A stretch of 64,000 nt of DNA from a virus. The stretch covers positions 120,467 through 184,466 of IMG/VR virus record IMGVR_UViG_3300021181_000006. One strand, given 5' to 3'. The first letter of the stretch is position 1; every line of letters begins with the position of its first letter. Under the pieces are notes generated by a model. That model made no database searches. It saw only the letters and a program-made list of their open reading frames with translations, and was not told the DNA's origin. This document shows positions 8,761 through 18,223 of this stretch, in pieces. Made by a program: the position numbers and the translations under genes.

Positions 8761-8764
8761 AACG

Positions 8765-8896
8765 ATGAAACTTATCATACAGATCATCATTATACTTTTG
8801 ATCGCTCAGGCTTCTGAGCAGAATAAAGATGTTACTATGCTCGTGATATTACTTATAGCCACATTCATCATAAACGATAGAGACGATCACCGATGA
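8765..8896 (+). CDS. small hydrophobic membrane protein (43 aa, below track cutoff)
   Basis: MKLIIQIIIILLIAQ...MLVILLIATFII; ATGA-coupled to the next ORF. Confidence 0.45.
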   Translation: MKLIIQIIIILLIAQASEQNKDVTMLVILLIATFIINDRDDHR

Positions 8897-9060
8897 CCAT
8901 TTTCTGGTCTGTAGCCGCGCATATCTTCTATGCCATCATTATCATGTATATTGTGATGTGCGCATTTATTATTCTTATTGCCTGTATCGCTACAGGCTTT
9001 TATATCCATGACACTATAAAGGGTTTTTATGAGTCCAGAAAAAACAAAGTATCTACTTGA
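8893..9060 (+). CDS. small membrane protein (55 aa, below track cutoff)
   Basis: long hydrophobic stretch IFYAIIIMYIVMCAFIILIACIATG. Confidence 0.45.
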   Translation: MTIFWSVAAHIFYAIIIMYIVMCAFIILIACIATGFYIHDTIKGFYESRKNKVST

Positions 9061-9430
9061 ATCGTTTCCTAAGCTCTATGCTAGCCATATGCTGCCCATG
9101 AGTGAAAGTCTTATGTGTTTTGGTTTTGAGCACAGTGATGGTTGGTACGATATTATTCATACGCTCTCTTCGGAGCTAGAGACGCTCAATAACAATGGCG
9201 CTACGATTACCGCTGAACAGGTGAAAGAAAAGTATGGTACGCTACGTTTCTATATCAGCTATAATGATGAGACTACTAAAGAGCAAGTAAATCAGGCCAA
9301 TATTTTTATTGGAGAGGCTGAATTCAGATCAGCAAAAACCTGTGAGGGATGCGGCAAACCTGGAAAGATACAAGGTACAGGTTGGATCTATACCGCATGC
9401 GATGAGTGTTTTAAACCGAAAAGAGTGTAG
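9029..9430 (+). CDS. widespread phage protein of unknown function (QVKEKYGTLRFY + CxxC)
   Basis: GWYDII ... QVKEKYGTLRFY ... CEGCGKPG ... CDEC. Confidence 0.8.
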   Translation: MSPEKTKYLLESFPKLYASHMLPMSESLMCFGFEHSDGWYDIIHTLSSELETLNNNGATITAEQVKEKYGTLRFYISYNDETTKEQVNQANIFIGEAEFRSAKTCEGCGKPGKIQGTGWIYTACDECFKPKRV

Positions 9431-9475
9431 CTCTTTTCTTCTGAGGCTCAGTGCACTATACTACCAGGAGTATCC

Positions 9476-9655
9476 ATGGACGATGACACTAAATTCAGAA
9501 TACAAATTGCTTCAACCATCTTAAGTGGGAAAATTGGACATATTAATCTACACCCCGATGACCCAGCTATTGAGAATTATGCACTGGTAGCCTTACATAT
9601 AGCTGATCGACTCATAGCTTTATCAACATCAAATAAGAATCAAGAACACGCATAA
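9476..9655 (+). CDS. small helical protein (59 aa, below track cutoff)
   Basis: AGGAG SD at 9466-9470; IASTILSG...YALVALHIADRLI. Confidence 0.6.
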   Translation: MDDDTKFRIQIASTILSGKIGHINLHPDDPAIENYALVALHIADRLIALSTSNKNQEHA

Positions 9656-9656
9656 T

Positions 9657-10688
9657 ATGACACAATACATCAAGCCACATCCTCCTGGAATGACTGATAA
9701 CGCAGCTATTGGCTTTGTTATTGGGGATACGTGGCTTGATGTATCGGTGCAGCCATCTGATCTTTATGTTTTAGTTAATATATCTCGTATTGATGCAGTA
9801 TGGCGTAAGACATCATTCTCTGATAGCGGTGGTGGTGGAGGCGGCGGCTCGACTAACGTTCCTATTGGCGCTCTTGCCTTTGGTGACGGATTAGAGCCAG
9901 CTGGTGTTACTGGTGATCCTGATGGTATCATCTACGATGACGAAGATCAGGCCCTCGTATTTCCTAACTTATGGTCTATCGACTTTACTGATTCTATTGG
10001 TGGTTCTGCAGGGTTTATAGCTGATGTTGATGAGTTAACGTTTGTTACTACAAATACCGCTAGCGAGCCTGTACTTGCCATTCAGATTGATATGAATAAT
10101 GCTTCACCAGCGGTGAATGTATTAATACCATTGGATATGACAGCCGCATTTGGAGATAGTGCATTTATTTACTTCCCAGCTCCAGATGGCACTACTGGTG
10201 GATTTAACTTCGAATACGATGCAGACGCTCAGGGAACGCTCACGCTCAATGATGATCTTGGCAATACATATTTTAGATTCAATACATTAGATACGACTAT
10301 TACGCCAAATGGTCCAACTATTTCGATGGGTGTGCCGCTGAATTGTCTTCTTGGAGATCCTATTTTTGGATTAACAACAGAAGATAATCGATATTTTCCA
10401 ACAGTAACAACGCAAACGTATACTATTATACAATTTGCCAATACGACACGACAGTTCTCTGAACTGGTAATTCAGCTTGCCTCAGGTACCTGTACCGTGA
10501 CATTCAAGATTAATAGTGTTTCTATTACTGGTATGACCAATATAGCAGTTACTAGCGTTCAAGGATTCCATGCAGGAGTCAACGGAGTAGATAATGTTTT
10601 ATCTGCTGGTGATAAACTGACCATGGTAGTTACTGCGGCTTCAACTCCAGTGGACCTGAGCTTTTCTCTGCCTGGTTTAACTCAGTAA
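9657..10688 (+). CDS. virion fibre/appendage protein 1
   Basis: N-terminal QYIKPHPPG..DN...GF..GD.W.D module shared with 10983 and 15175; Gly linker; beta-rich body. Confidence 0.7.
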   Translation: MTQYIKPHPPGMTDNAAIGFVIGDTWLDVSVQPSDLYVLVNISRIDAVWRKTSFSDSGGGGGGGSTNVPIGALAFGDGLEPAGVTGDPDGIIYDDEDQALVFPNLWSIDFTDSIGGSAGFIADVDELTFVTTNTASEPVLAIQIDMNNASPAVNVLIPLDMTAAFGDSAFIYFPAPDGTTGGFNFEYDADAQGTLTLNDDLGNTYFRFNTLDTTITPNGPTISMGVPLNCLLGDPIFGLTTEDNRYFPTVTTQTYTIIQFANTTRQFSELVIQLASGTCTVTFKINSVSITGMTNIAVTSVQGFHAGVNGVDNVLSAGDKLTMVVTAASTPVDLSFSLPGLTQ

Positions 10689-10696
10689 GGTGACAT

Positions 10697-10972
10697 ATGA
10701 AACATAAGAAAATTCAATTACCTACGCCTAAGGAAGCACCTACACCTGCAGTAGTAGCAGCTCGGCGTACTCAATGGCTCATGGAACATCAGACTAAAAC
10801 CAATACAAAGCTAGCCAGTAATAATGCTCCTGTAGTCTGTGTCGTGCATACCGAGCCAGACCTTGGACAAATGAATATCGATGGCACTATCATGAATTTC
10901 ACCAAAGGCGCACAAATAACTTTAAAGCGTAAGTATGCATCCAGACTCCATCGCTTTGTGACTATTAAGTAA
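10697..10972 (+). CDS. hypothetical protein in fibre cluster
   Basis: 91-aa ORF with AAGG SD. Confidence 0.5.
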   Translation: MKHKKIQLPTPKEAPTPAVVAARRTQWLMEHQTKTNTKLASNNAPVVCVVHTEPDLGQMNIDGTIMNFTKGAQITLKRKYASRLHRFVTIK

Positions 10973-10982
10973 AGAAATACCA

Positions 10983-12263
10983 ATGACACAATACGTTAAA
11001 CCGCATCCTCCTGGTAAAACAGATAACACCGTTCTCGGCTTTATTGTTGGAGATGAATGGCTTGACGTATCCGTACAGCCAGCTGACCAGTATGTCCTGG
11101 TGAATACCTCACGGGTCGATGGGGTATGGCGTAAAGTGTCATTTACTGATGGCGTTTCTGGCGTTGCATCGCTGAATGCATTAACTGGCGCTCTTACATT
11201 AGTAGCCGGTAGTAATATTACTATTACTCCATCTGGAACTAATATCACTATTGCTTCTTCTGGTGGAGGAAGTGGTGGTAGTACCAATGTTCCTGCCAAT
11301 GCTTTAGCATTTGGCGATGGATTAAGTACTCCGGGAGTCACAGGTGATCCTAATATCGCCTATACCGGTGAAGGCTTTAGTTTAGCTAACGGATATACGA
11401 TTGGTTTCGATGATACCGTAGGTGGTGTTTCTGGTATCGGAACTAGTAGTGATGCATTAATTCTTTATACGACAAACACAACACAAGTAGCCTCAGCAGC
11501 GCTGACTATTGATCTTAATAATGATACGCCTAACGCTACATTCTCTATTCCAGTAAAATCTTCGCTTATCACACTGAATGGTGGCTCCGCTACGGTGGTG
11601 TGGAATGATATCGATGGTAGAGATCCATCGTATACAGCATTTGTATCTGGCGCATGGACGATTTTCTCAACCCAAAGTTCCATGAATGTCATGACTGTTG
11701 ACTTTGATGGTAGACTAAACCTTTTTGGCCCAACTGGACTTCAGGGTCTGTACGCTTCACAAGGAAATTTAATACTGGATGCCTCTGGTGCTAGAGTCAA
11801 TATTAGTGGTACTGGAAACGTTACTGTCACTGGTATTTTACAAGCCTCATCCGATGCCACCTATGATATAGGAACATCTGGGGCTAATAGATTTAATAAT
11901 CTCTGGCTGGCTGGTAATATTAGCATTGATGGCGGTGGCATTACTGGCCTTATCGAGCAGATCCCAGGTCTTATTGAGAGTCCTGTCGCTAAAACTTACT
12001 TTATTATTCTCTCGAATGTTGTTCCTTTAGCTATTAATAATATCACTATTCAAGCGGTTTCTGGCGGAACATGCACAGCATCACTGCAAATTAACAGCAC
12101 GAGCATTACTGGACTCGATTCTATGGCGGTATCCGTAACGCCTCAGACCATTACTGCAACAGGCTTAAATACTATGGTAGCTGGCGATATCCTTTCATTA
12201 GTAGTAACGTCGCCTTCGAGTCCTCAGGATATGGCTTTCGTCATTCAGACTACGAGAAGCTAA
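10983..12263 (+). CDS. virion fibre/appendage protein 2
   Basis: same N-terminal module; LNALTGALTLVAGSNITIT repeat; C-terminal ~85 aa paralogous to 9657. Confidence 0.75.
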   Translation: MTQYVKPHPPGKTDNTVLGFIVGDEWLDVSVQPADQYVLVNTSRVDGVWRKVSFTDGVSGVASLNALTGALTLVAGSNITITPSGTNITIASSGGGSGGSTNVPANALAFGDGLSTPGVTGDPNIAYTGEGFSLANGYTIGFDDTVGGVSGIGTSSDALILYTTNTTQVASAALTIDLNNDTPNATFSIPVKSSLITLNGGSATVVWNDIDGRDPSYTAFVSGAWTIFSTQSSMNVMTVDFDGRLNLFGPTGLQGLYASQGNLILDASGARVNISGTGNVTVTGILQASSDATYDIGTSGANRFNNLWLAGNISIDGGGITGLIEQIPGLIESPVAKTYFIILSNVVPLAINNITIQAVSGGTCTASLQINSTSITGLDSMAVSVTPQTITATGLNTMVAGDILSLVVTSPSSPQDMAFVIQTTRS

Positions 12264-15148
12264 TGGCCTGGATTCATCAAAAACCTGATGCGAATGGGCT
12301 TCAGCGTGATGCGAGCTTTCACGACTTAGCGCAGATGCCTATTACGAATGCACATGGTCGCATGACCTCTGCGTTTGATCCATCCAGTAATACTATTACT
12401 CCTTGCGGAACTCTTCGCCAGAGAGTGATGCATATTGGCGTTGAATCGCATGAATTATTTCTTATTGAGTCTGTTTCACAGAATATTATGGCTGCTGGAT
12501 CCAGTGATAGCTGGGTAAATCCTTGCTGGAATACTGTCAATAACTGTACCTGCGCTCAGGATGGAACTGATCCGGGTGGTCTGCCTACATTTATTCTGAC
12601 TCCTACGACCACGAATGGAACGCATTATTACGGACAGACTATTCCATTCCCAGCTGGTGCCAATGTTATCTCATTCTACGTAAAAGCGAATGGTTATACA
12701 GGTGTAGCCATCGGTATGTGGGATAATAACAATAGCACTTATCAACAAGGTTTTCTTGATCTGACGACAGGTCAAGATACAGGCGCTGGTACCGCTATGT
12801 ATGCAGAAAGCCTGGATGGTGGATGGTATCGTGTCTGGTGCTCACGTACCTGGGCATCTGGGGCAAGTAATGACAGTAATTTTAGTATTAATATAGGACA
12901 AAATGCCGGTACATATACGTATGCTGGAGATGGTATTTCTGGCATCCTCGTAACACAACCGGCGGTTGAGACCGGGTTAACGAAACCGACATCATGGATT
13001 AGTGGGCGCAATGCAGTCATCCATAGTACTGATGTGAGTGATGCTTCATGGGGTCCGAGTAATCTCACGGTTACGGCTAACCAAGCAGTGGATCCTATCA
13101 GTGGATTGATGACAGCAGCATTGTTGACAGAGAATACTGCTTCTGCTGCTCATTTTATGACTCAATCTATTACTACTATCAATGGTCTCTATATTTGTCA
13201 TAGTGCTTATTATAAGCCAACCGGCAGAACATGGTTACTGCTGAATAATGGTCCAACATCGAATGGATGTTGGTTTAATTGTACTGGGGCAGGTACTGTC
13301 GGTAGCCCGAATGGGATTATTAGTTCATCTGGTATTGTAGCGCTCACAGGACCATTAGCTGGCTGGTATCGTTGTTGGTTTGTATCACAAGCTGGATCGT
13401 CAAATAATGCCCAGGTGTACACTTCCACTGGAGATACGGTCTATACCTATCTTGGTACTGGTATATCATGTGGGTATTTAGCGAATATCCAGGTAGAGCC
13501 AGTTGGTCTGAATATTACTCCATATCCTGATTCGGCTAACTTAATCCTTGATGCGGCGAATCTTGCAGATGCGACCCATTGGAATGGTGGAGCTATTATT
13601 GGAGTCTCATCATTCGTTACCGATCCACGTGGTGGAACCGATGCTTTTACGATTACGAATGGTGCTGGTGGTATTTATGATGCTTTATTTCAATCTATTA
13701 CGACATTACCGAATAATGGTCCAGTTTTAATATCATTTTATATTAAGCATGGTAATACGACGGCATCTGCTATACAAATTTATGATACAACAGCGAATAC
13801 TGGTCGTGGCATATTAGAGGTCGTATGGACAGGCAATCTTATTACTGCTATTAATACATTAGGCAGTAATCTTGTCCCATTAGGATGTGGATATATTGCG
13901 TTGCAAAATGGCTGGTATCGGGTCATGGCGTTGTCTGCTAATGGGATTATTGCTAGCAATGCCAATGGTATTTATATTTATCCTGGTCAACCTGGCGTAC
14001 AGAGCGCTGGAAACTTCTGTTACGGTTATGGTCCTCAGGTTACAGCACTAGCTCCTACTGCCTATTGGGGAGTAAATGGTACGGTAGGCGGTAGGGATAC
14101 TGAAGATGTATACGCTGATATTAGCTCGATTTCAGATACACGTGTGAATTATTTAGGATGTTCTGAGCAGTTCGATAATGGTGGTAACTGGATCTATAAC
14201 AATACGAGTATAAGTGCTAACGCTGGTACGGATCCTAATGGCAATATGTATGCTGATGATCTGGTCGAAACGGGAACCAGCGTACTCCAATACTATGTGG
14301 CAACTTCTGCTCCGGTTGGATCTGCTGGTAACTGGGTATTTTTGTGTCGTATCAAGCCTACGGGTCGAACATGGTGTACACTACAGATGTATGATACTGG
14401 TATTAACCAGACAGTTGGTAACTACTTCGGTTTGACTGGTAGTGGAATTGTCGGAGTACCTGCAGGTAATACACCAAATAATGCCACTATTACTGGTCCA
14501 GACAGCGAGGGATACTATCGCTGTGCCCTGTTCGTGACTTTAATCGGCTCCGCTTACGCGCTCATTGTTACTGCCATATCAAACGGTGTGCAAAACGCGA
14601 CTGGATTAAACGCATCAGCCCTTCGTCTGTTCGGCGCTCAGCTCGTTCCTGGTACGGTGGATCCTGGTAACGCTGGATACTTACCGACACAAAGTGCAGT
14701 GACCTCACCTCAAACGGGCCTGAGTACTACTGGTGGCAGTATGGTTGCCGTAGGTATTCCATATACAGGATATGCTAATAGTGGCAATTACTATAGTCAT
14801 GTTGGTAATGCCAATTTCGTCATGGATGGATCTGGTGGTGGTCAGATGTACCGTAATGTCAACGCCGGTTCTCCTATTAGCCAGACGGTTGATGTCATCA
14901 ATATGGCTATTCTGACATGGAGCGTGAAAGATGATATTGTCATATTATACGCTGGCGGTTTACATATTAATTCAGCAGTAGTAGGACAGGCAAACTGTCC
15001 TCTGAGCGCCAATGTTCAGGGAATCCCTATTGGATCACTCTTTGGAGCGAGTAATTATAATGGATGGGTATGGCTTGGTTATTTCCATAACCGGGTGCTC
15101 TATCCATCCGAATGTATCACCCTTGCCAAAGCCTTAGAAAACGCGTAA
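12263..15148 (+). CDS. head-spike/fibre protein with four tandem carbohydrate-binding-like beta-sandwich modules
   Basis: four ~170-aa repeats, each with N....S....W and G(W/Y)YR(V/C); lectin-like C-terminus. Confidence 0.7.
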   Translation: MAWIHQKPDANGLQRDASFHDLAQMPITNAHGRMTSAFDPSSNTITPCGTLRQRVMHIGVESHELFLIESVSQNIMAAGSSDSWVNPCWNTVNNCTCAQDGTDPGGLPTFILTPTTTNGTHYYGQTIPFPAGANVISFYVKANGYTGVAIGMWDNNNSTYQQGFLDLTTGQDTGAGTAMYAESLDGGWYRVWCSRTWASGASNDSNFSINIGQNAGTYTYAGDGISGILVTQPAVETGLTKPTSWISGRNAVIHSTDVSDASWGPSNLTVTANQAVDPISGLMTAALLTENTASAAHFMTQSITTINGLYICHSAYYKPTGRTWLLLNNGPTSNGCWFNCTGAGTVGSPNGIISSSGIVALTGPLAGWYRCWFVSQAGSSNNAQVYTSTGDTVYTYLGTGISCGYLANIQVEPVGLNITPYPDSANLILDAANLADATHWNGGAIIGVSSFVTDPRGGTDAFTITNGAGGIYDALFQSITTLPNNGPVLISFYIKHGNTTASAIQIYDTTANTGRGILEVVWTGNLITAINTLGSNLVPLGCGYIALQNGWYRVMALSANGIIASNANGIYIYPGQPGVQSAGNFCYGYGPQVTALAPTAYWGVNGTVGGRDTEDVYADISSISDTRVNYLGCSEQFDNGGNWIYNNTSISANAGTDPNGNMYADDLVETGTSVLQYYVATSAPVGSAGNWVFLCRIKPTGRTWCTLQMYDTGINQTVGNYFGLTGSGIVGVPAGNTPNNATITGPDSEGYYRCALFVTLIGSAYALIVTAISNGVQNATGLNASALRLFGAQLVPGTVDPGNAGYLPTQSAVTSPQTGLSTTGGSMVAVGIPYTGYANSGNYYSHVGNANFVMDGSGGGQMYRNVNAGSPISQTVDVINMAILTWSVKDDIVILYAGGLHINSAVVGQANCPLSANVQGIPIGSLFGASNYNGWVWLGYFHNRVLYPSECITLAKALENA

Positions 15149-15174
15149 TATAATCAACCATCCTAGGAAAATAT

Positions 15175-15759
15175 ATGGCCCAATACATTAAAAATCATCC
15201 TCCCGGTGCGGCAGATAATGCGAAGCTTGGCTTCGTTGCTGGCGACCAGTGGATGGATACATCAGTAACTCCTGCTGATCTGTATCAGCTGAGTAATACT
15301 TCACAGAATGCGGCCTCATGGCGCAAAGATTCCTTTTCTGATAATCTGATCGTTGCCACAGCTGATTCAGCGGTAGTAGGTACTTCAGCTCCAGTGGCTG
15401 ATGCCATCCTTGTGCTGAATGCTCCTGCTAGTAAGCATGTTGATATTCAGATTCTGGCATGGTTTAAGGGTTCTGCTGCAGGAAACGTCCTCTTGAACTT
15501 TGGCCTGCCTTCAGGCGCTACAGTGCGCTTCAGCTCAGAGGCAGTTCTGACTGGTAGTACCTATGCTGCTGCACTGTCAACTGGTGGTAATGCGACTCTG
15601 ACTGTTCCAGCTGCTTCTGCGTATACGCTGTATCGTATCTTTGCCAGCGTAACGATGTCTACGACATCTGGCACCGTGAGTTTCGAATGGGGTTCTGATG
15701 GAAGCTCAGCTACCATTACTCGTGGTGCTGGTTCGCGTATGACTTACGATATCGCCTAA
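15175..15759 (+). CDS. virion fibre/appendage protein 3
   Basis: same N-terminal module plus one beta-sandwich domain. Confidence 0.7.
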   Translation: MAQYIKNHPPGAADNAKLGFVAGDQWMDTSVTPADLYQLSNTSQNAASWRKDSFSDNLIVATADSAVVGTSAPVADAILVLNAPASKHVDIQILAWFKGSAAGNVLLNFGLPSGATVRFSSEAVLTGSTYAAALSTGGNATLTVPAASAYTLYRIFASVTMSTTSGTVSFEWGSDGSSATITRGAGSRMTYDIA

Positions 15760-15778
15760 TAGTAGTAGTAAATAAATA

Positions 15779-15816
15779 ATAACCTGTCATGGTATAAAGC
15801 TATGACAGGTTATTTC
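15779..15816 (+). terminator. hairpin terminator after the fibre cluster
   Basis: ATAACCTGTCAT-GGTATAAAGCT-ATGACAGGTTAT-TT. Confidence 0.6.
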
Positions 15817-15834
15817 GTATCATAATGGAATTAT

Positions 15835-16080
15835 ATGCCATCTTTGCCTCCTAAGAAAGTTATTAAACTTTCTGGTGATCTTTCCCTACGGACTCCTGAT
15901 ATCACACCAAATACGCTATATGACATGCGTGACGTGACTCATGTGAGTTCGTTTACTATTGGTAAGTTCGTTCCACACATGGATTCGGTTCGTATCACGA
16001 ATGTTTCAAGAAACATTCGTGATATCTTTCATGTTCTGAGAATGGATCACATAATTACTGTTGAACCAAGCGCCTTCTAG
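15835..16080 (+). CDS. minimal STAS-domain (anti-sigma-factor antagonist-like) protein
   Basis: VIKLSGDL ... YDMRDVTHVSSFTIG ... ITNVSRNIRDIFHVLRMDHII follows the SpoIIAA/RsbV pattern. Confidence 0.65.
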   Translation: MPSLPPKKVIKLSGDLSLRTPDITPNTLYDMRDVTHVSSFTIGKFVPHMDSVRITNVSRNIRDIFHVLRMDHIITVEPSAF

Positions 16081-16112
16081 CGTATCATTGCGCTCCTCAG
16101 CAGGAGCGAATT

Positions 16113-16391
16113 ATGATATGTTTTACGTGCTTAAAAGCTATTACTAACGGCGAAGTCTACTACACAGCAACGGCACAATGTGCGTTGCCAGAGAGTATTC
16201 CCGATAAACATAAAGCCTATTCACAGGGACTCCTCGTGAATCGCCTGAAAGACTATCGTCCTTTTCATATCTGCCTCGGCTGTAGTAAAGCTACTAAAAA
16301 AGAATTTGTGAAGCCGAAGCCTGTAAAACGTTTCTTAGGTAAAAATGAAGATATCACCGCATGCACGATTGCGACTGCGGCAAAGGTTTAA
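16113..16391 (+). CDS. small Zn-finger-like protein
   Basis: CFTC ... HICLGC. Confidence 0.5.
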   Translation: MICFTCLKAITNGEVYYTATAQCALPESIPDKHKAYSQGLLVNRLKDYRPFHICLGCSKATKKEFVKPKPVKRFLGKNEDITACTIATAAKV

Positions 16392-16596
16392 TCTCCATGA
16401 ACATGTAGATCAAACCATTGTCTACAGAGTCGCCCACTCTCATTTATTAAAAGCTAAAGATCTTTATGAGATAGGCTCACAGTATCGTATGGGATACACC
16501 TATCTCGCTTATGAAGACATGATTCTCATATGTAAAAACGACACCCTAACCAGCGTACTCTATAATAAAAGGATGCCATATGGCTCAAAAGATTAA
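16345..16596 (+). CDS. small protein with HA..R...R motif (DUF4258/BECR-like)
   Basis: ISPHARLRLRQRF ... ILICKNDTLTSVL. Confidence 0.5.
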   Translation: MKISPHARLRLRQRFNLHEHVDQTIVYRVAHSHLLKAKDLYEIGSQYRMGYTYLAYEDMILICKNDTLTSVLYNKRMPYGSKD

Positions 16597-16789
16597 GATC
16601 TTCACCAAGGAACTCGGAACTCAAGGACAGAGTCTTGAAGATCAGTTTAACAACTGGACTGAAACCGTAGATATACAAGTATTATCAACGCAATTTCTAT
16701 CATTTAATAAGCTGAATACAGACAATTCTATCGACAAGCAGTACATTTCGCTTACGGTGTTGTATTTTCCCGTTGCTCAACCTGCATGA
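16580..16789 (+). CDS. Cse60-like small protein
   Basis: KIKIF.....LEDQFNNW......VLS.Q.....ISLTVLY pattern. Confidence 0.45.
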   Translation: MAQKIKIFTKELGTQGQSLEDQFNNWTETVDIQVLSTQFLSFNKLNTDNSIDKQYISLTVLYFPVAQPA

Positions 16790-16991
16790 GATGATCCAAG
16801 ATGCTCCAGCATCATGGATCATCTCAGACGCGTTAATCGAACTTTATGGATTCCCATCACTCGCTAGATGGGGTATTCATACGATAGCCGATCTCAAAAA
16901 ATATCACCAACATGAGTTGAAAACATTAACTGGCATGCCAAAGCAGACCTATCAACAGATCATTGTAGGACTCAAAAGACTCTATGGATGA
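16773..16991 (+). CDS. stand-alone RNA polymerase alpha-CTD-like protein
   Basis: SLARWGIHTIADLKKYHQHELKTLTGMPKQTYQQIIVGL aligns with alpha-CTD [39 protein letters not shown]. Confidence 0.65.
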   Translation: MLNLHEMIQDAPASWIISDALIELYGFPSLARWGIHTIADLKKYHQHELKTLTGMPKQTYQQIIVGLKRLYG

Positions 16992-17499
16992 GCTACATGT
17001 AGCGATTGAAAGCAGCTTTACTATTCCGTCATATATGCGCCAATTGATGGTACAGTATGCTGATGAAATTTTATATAAAGATAACTGGTATTATCTCAAA
17101 TTCATGAATGCGAGTGTCTATCCAGTAGATGTAACGATTATGGAATTTATTAAGATACATAATTATTCATACCAGCTCAAAGCCATACGCGTGAAGCGTA
17201 CTTATAATAATGTCAATAATACTACGATGACTATTGATGAAATAGGTCCATATGGTAGTTTTCCAGTGCCACTGACAGTAAATATGCCGAGTATACAGAT
17301 GGATGGTGCGAGGTATGATCTTATGACAGGCTCATTAGCATCAGAGACCAAAGAACTGATCCATATGAAAGAGAAAATGAATATACCTTTAAAAGATGAC
17401 GAATATCTTTCATGCCGTATCATGCGAATACAATCCATGAAAAATGGATCCTATACTCATTCAGAATCTCCTTGTTATTTCGATTTTATTAACCCATAA
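16984..17499 (+). CDS. hypothetical protein
   Basis: 171-aa ORF in operon. Confidence 0.6.
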   Translation: MDELHVAIESSFTIPSYMRQLMVQYADEILYKDNWYYLKFMNASVYPVDVTIMEFIKIHNYSYQLKAIRVKRTYNNVNNTTMTIDEIGPYGSFPVPLTVNMPSIQMDGARYDLMTGSLASETKELIHMKEKMNIPLKDDEYLSCRIMRIQSMKNGSYTHSESPCYFDFINP

Positions 17500-17671
17500 T
17501 CGTGTCAACACCACACGATATTATTCTCTCCCAATGGCCCAGGCAACGCCTCAGATCGAAAAAGAAATCACGGCCACCACCAAGTATATCAGTACCATTA
17601 AATGGTCACCACGAGCCTAGGATTGACATCATTCCCATTGTGCTCAAGGTATACACACCTAGGAAATAAGT

Positions 17672-18223
17672 ATGTTAAACAATGTAGATATTAATGACTG
17701 GATTGAACAGAATGCCTATAAGCAAGAGCACTCTCTCTCTAGTAATAGTAATGTAGGTGCTCTTAGCTCGTACCAAGTGACTCATACTTGGAGTACTCAG
17801 AATAATCCTAATCTTCTTCAGGGTCCGCAACAGCAGCTCATGACTCTTTTGGGTCAGCCATGGGGTCAGCCAGGACTCGGATTGCCGTATGGTGGAGTAT
17901 ACCCAAGTGGAGTATATCCAACTACTAATTTCCCAGTTACTACTCAGGAGCATCGTGATCAGTCTCAGGATGAATTCAAAGAGCCTTTAGAAGCTTTCTA
18001 TCAAGAATCCATCGATGCTATCTTCAAACTTCAGGATCTTCTGACCAAGATGGAAGATGAGTTACAACTCCATGCAGTCATGAGAACCATACCGAAGTTC
18101 GATCTCTTTATTCGTATTGAAGCTATTAAAGCCATGATTGAAGATAGGCGCGAGCAGCTCCTATTACATTATAACTCTCAGTTAATCGCCGCTAAAGAAT
18201 TCTACGAAGGAAAAATTAAGTGA
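17672..18223 (+). CDS. hypothetical protein with Q/G/P-rich N-terminus and helical C-terminus
   Basis: AGGAA SD; AGGTATAC promoter-like motif at 17647. Confidence 0.6.
   Translation: MLNNVDINDWIEQNAYKQEHSLSSNSNVGALSSYQVTHTWSTQNNPNLLQGPQQQLMTLLGQPWGQPGLGLPYGGVYPSGVYPTTNFPVTTQEHRDQSQDEFKEPLEAFYQESIDAIFKLQDLLTKMEDELQLHAVMRTIPKFDLFIRIEAIKAMIEDRREQLLLHYNSQLIAAKEFYEGKIK

Noticed and set aside
9828-9850. GGT/GGC trinucleotide run as a repeat element
   Set aside because: It encodes a Gly linker in a fibre protein
17623-17655. TTGACA...TATACA as a canonical sigma70 promoter
   Set aside because: The spacer is 21 nt, too long; the AGGTATAC class motif explains the site better
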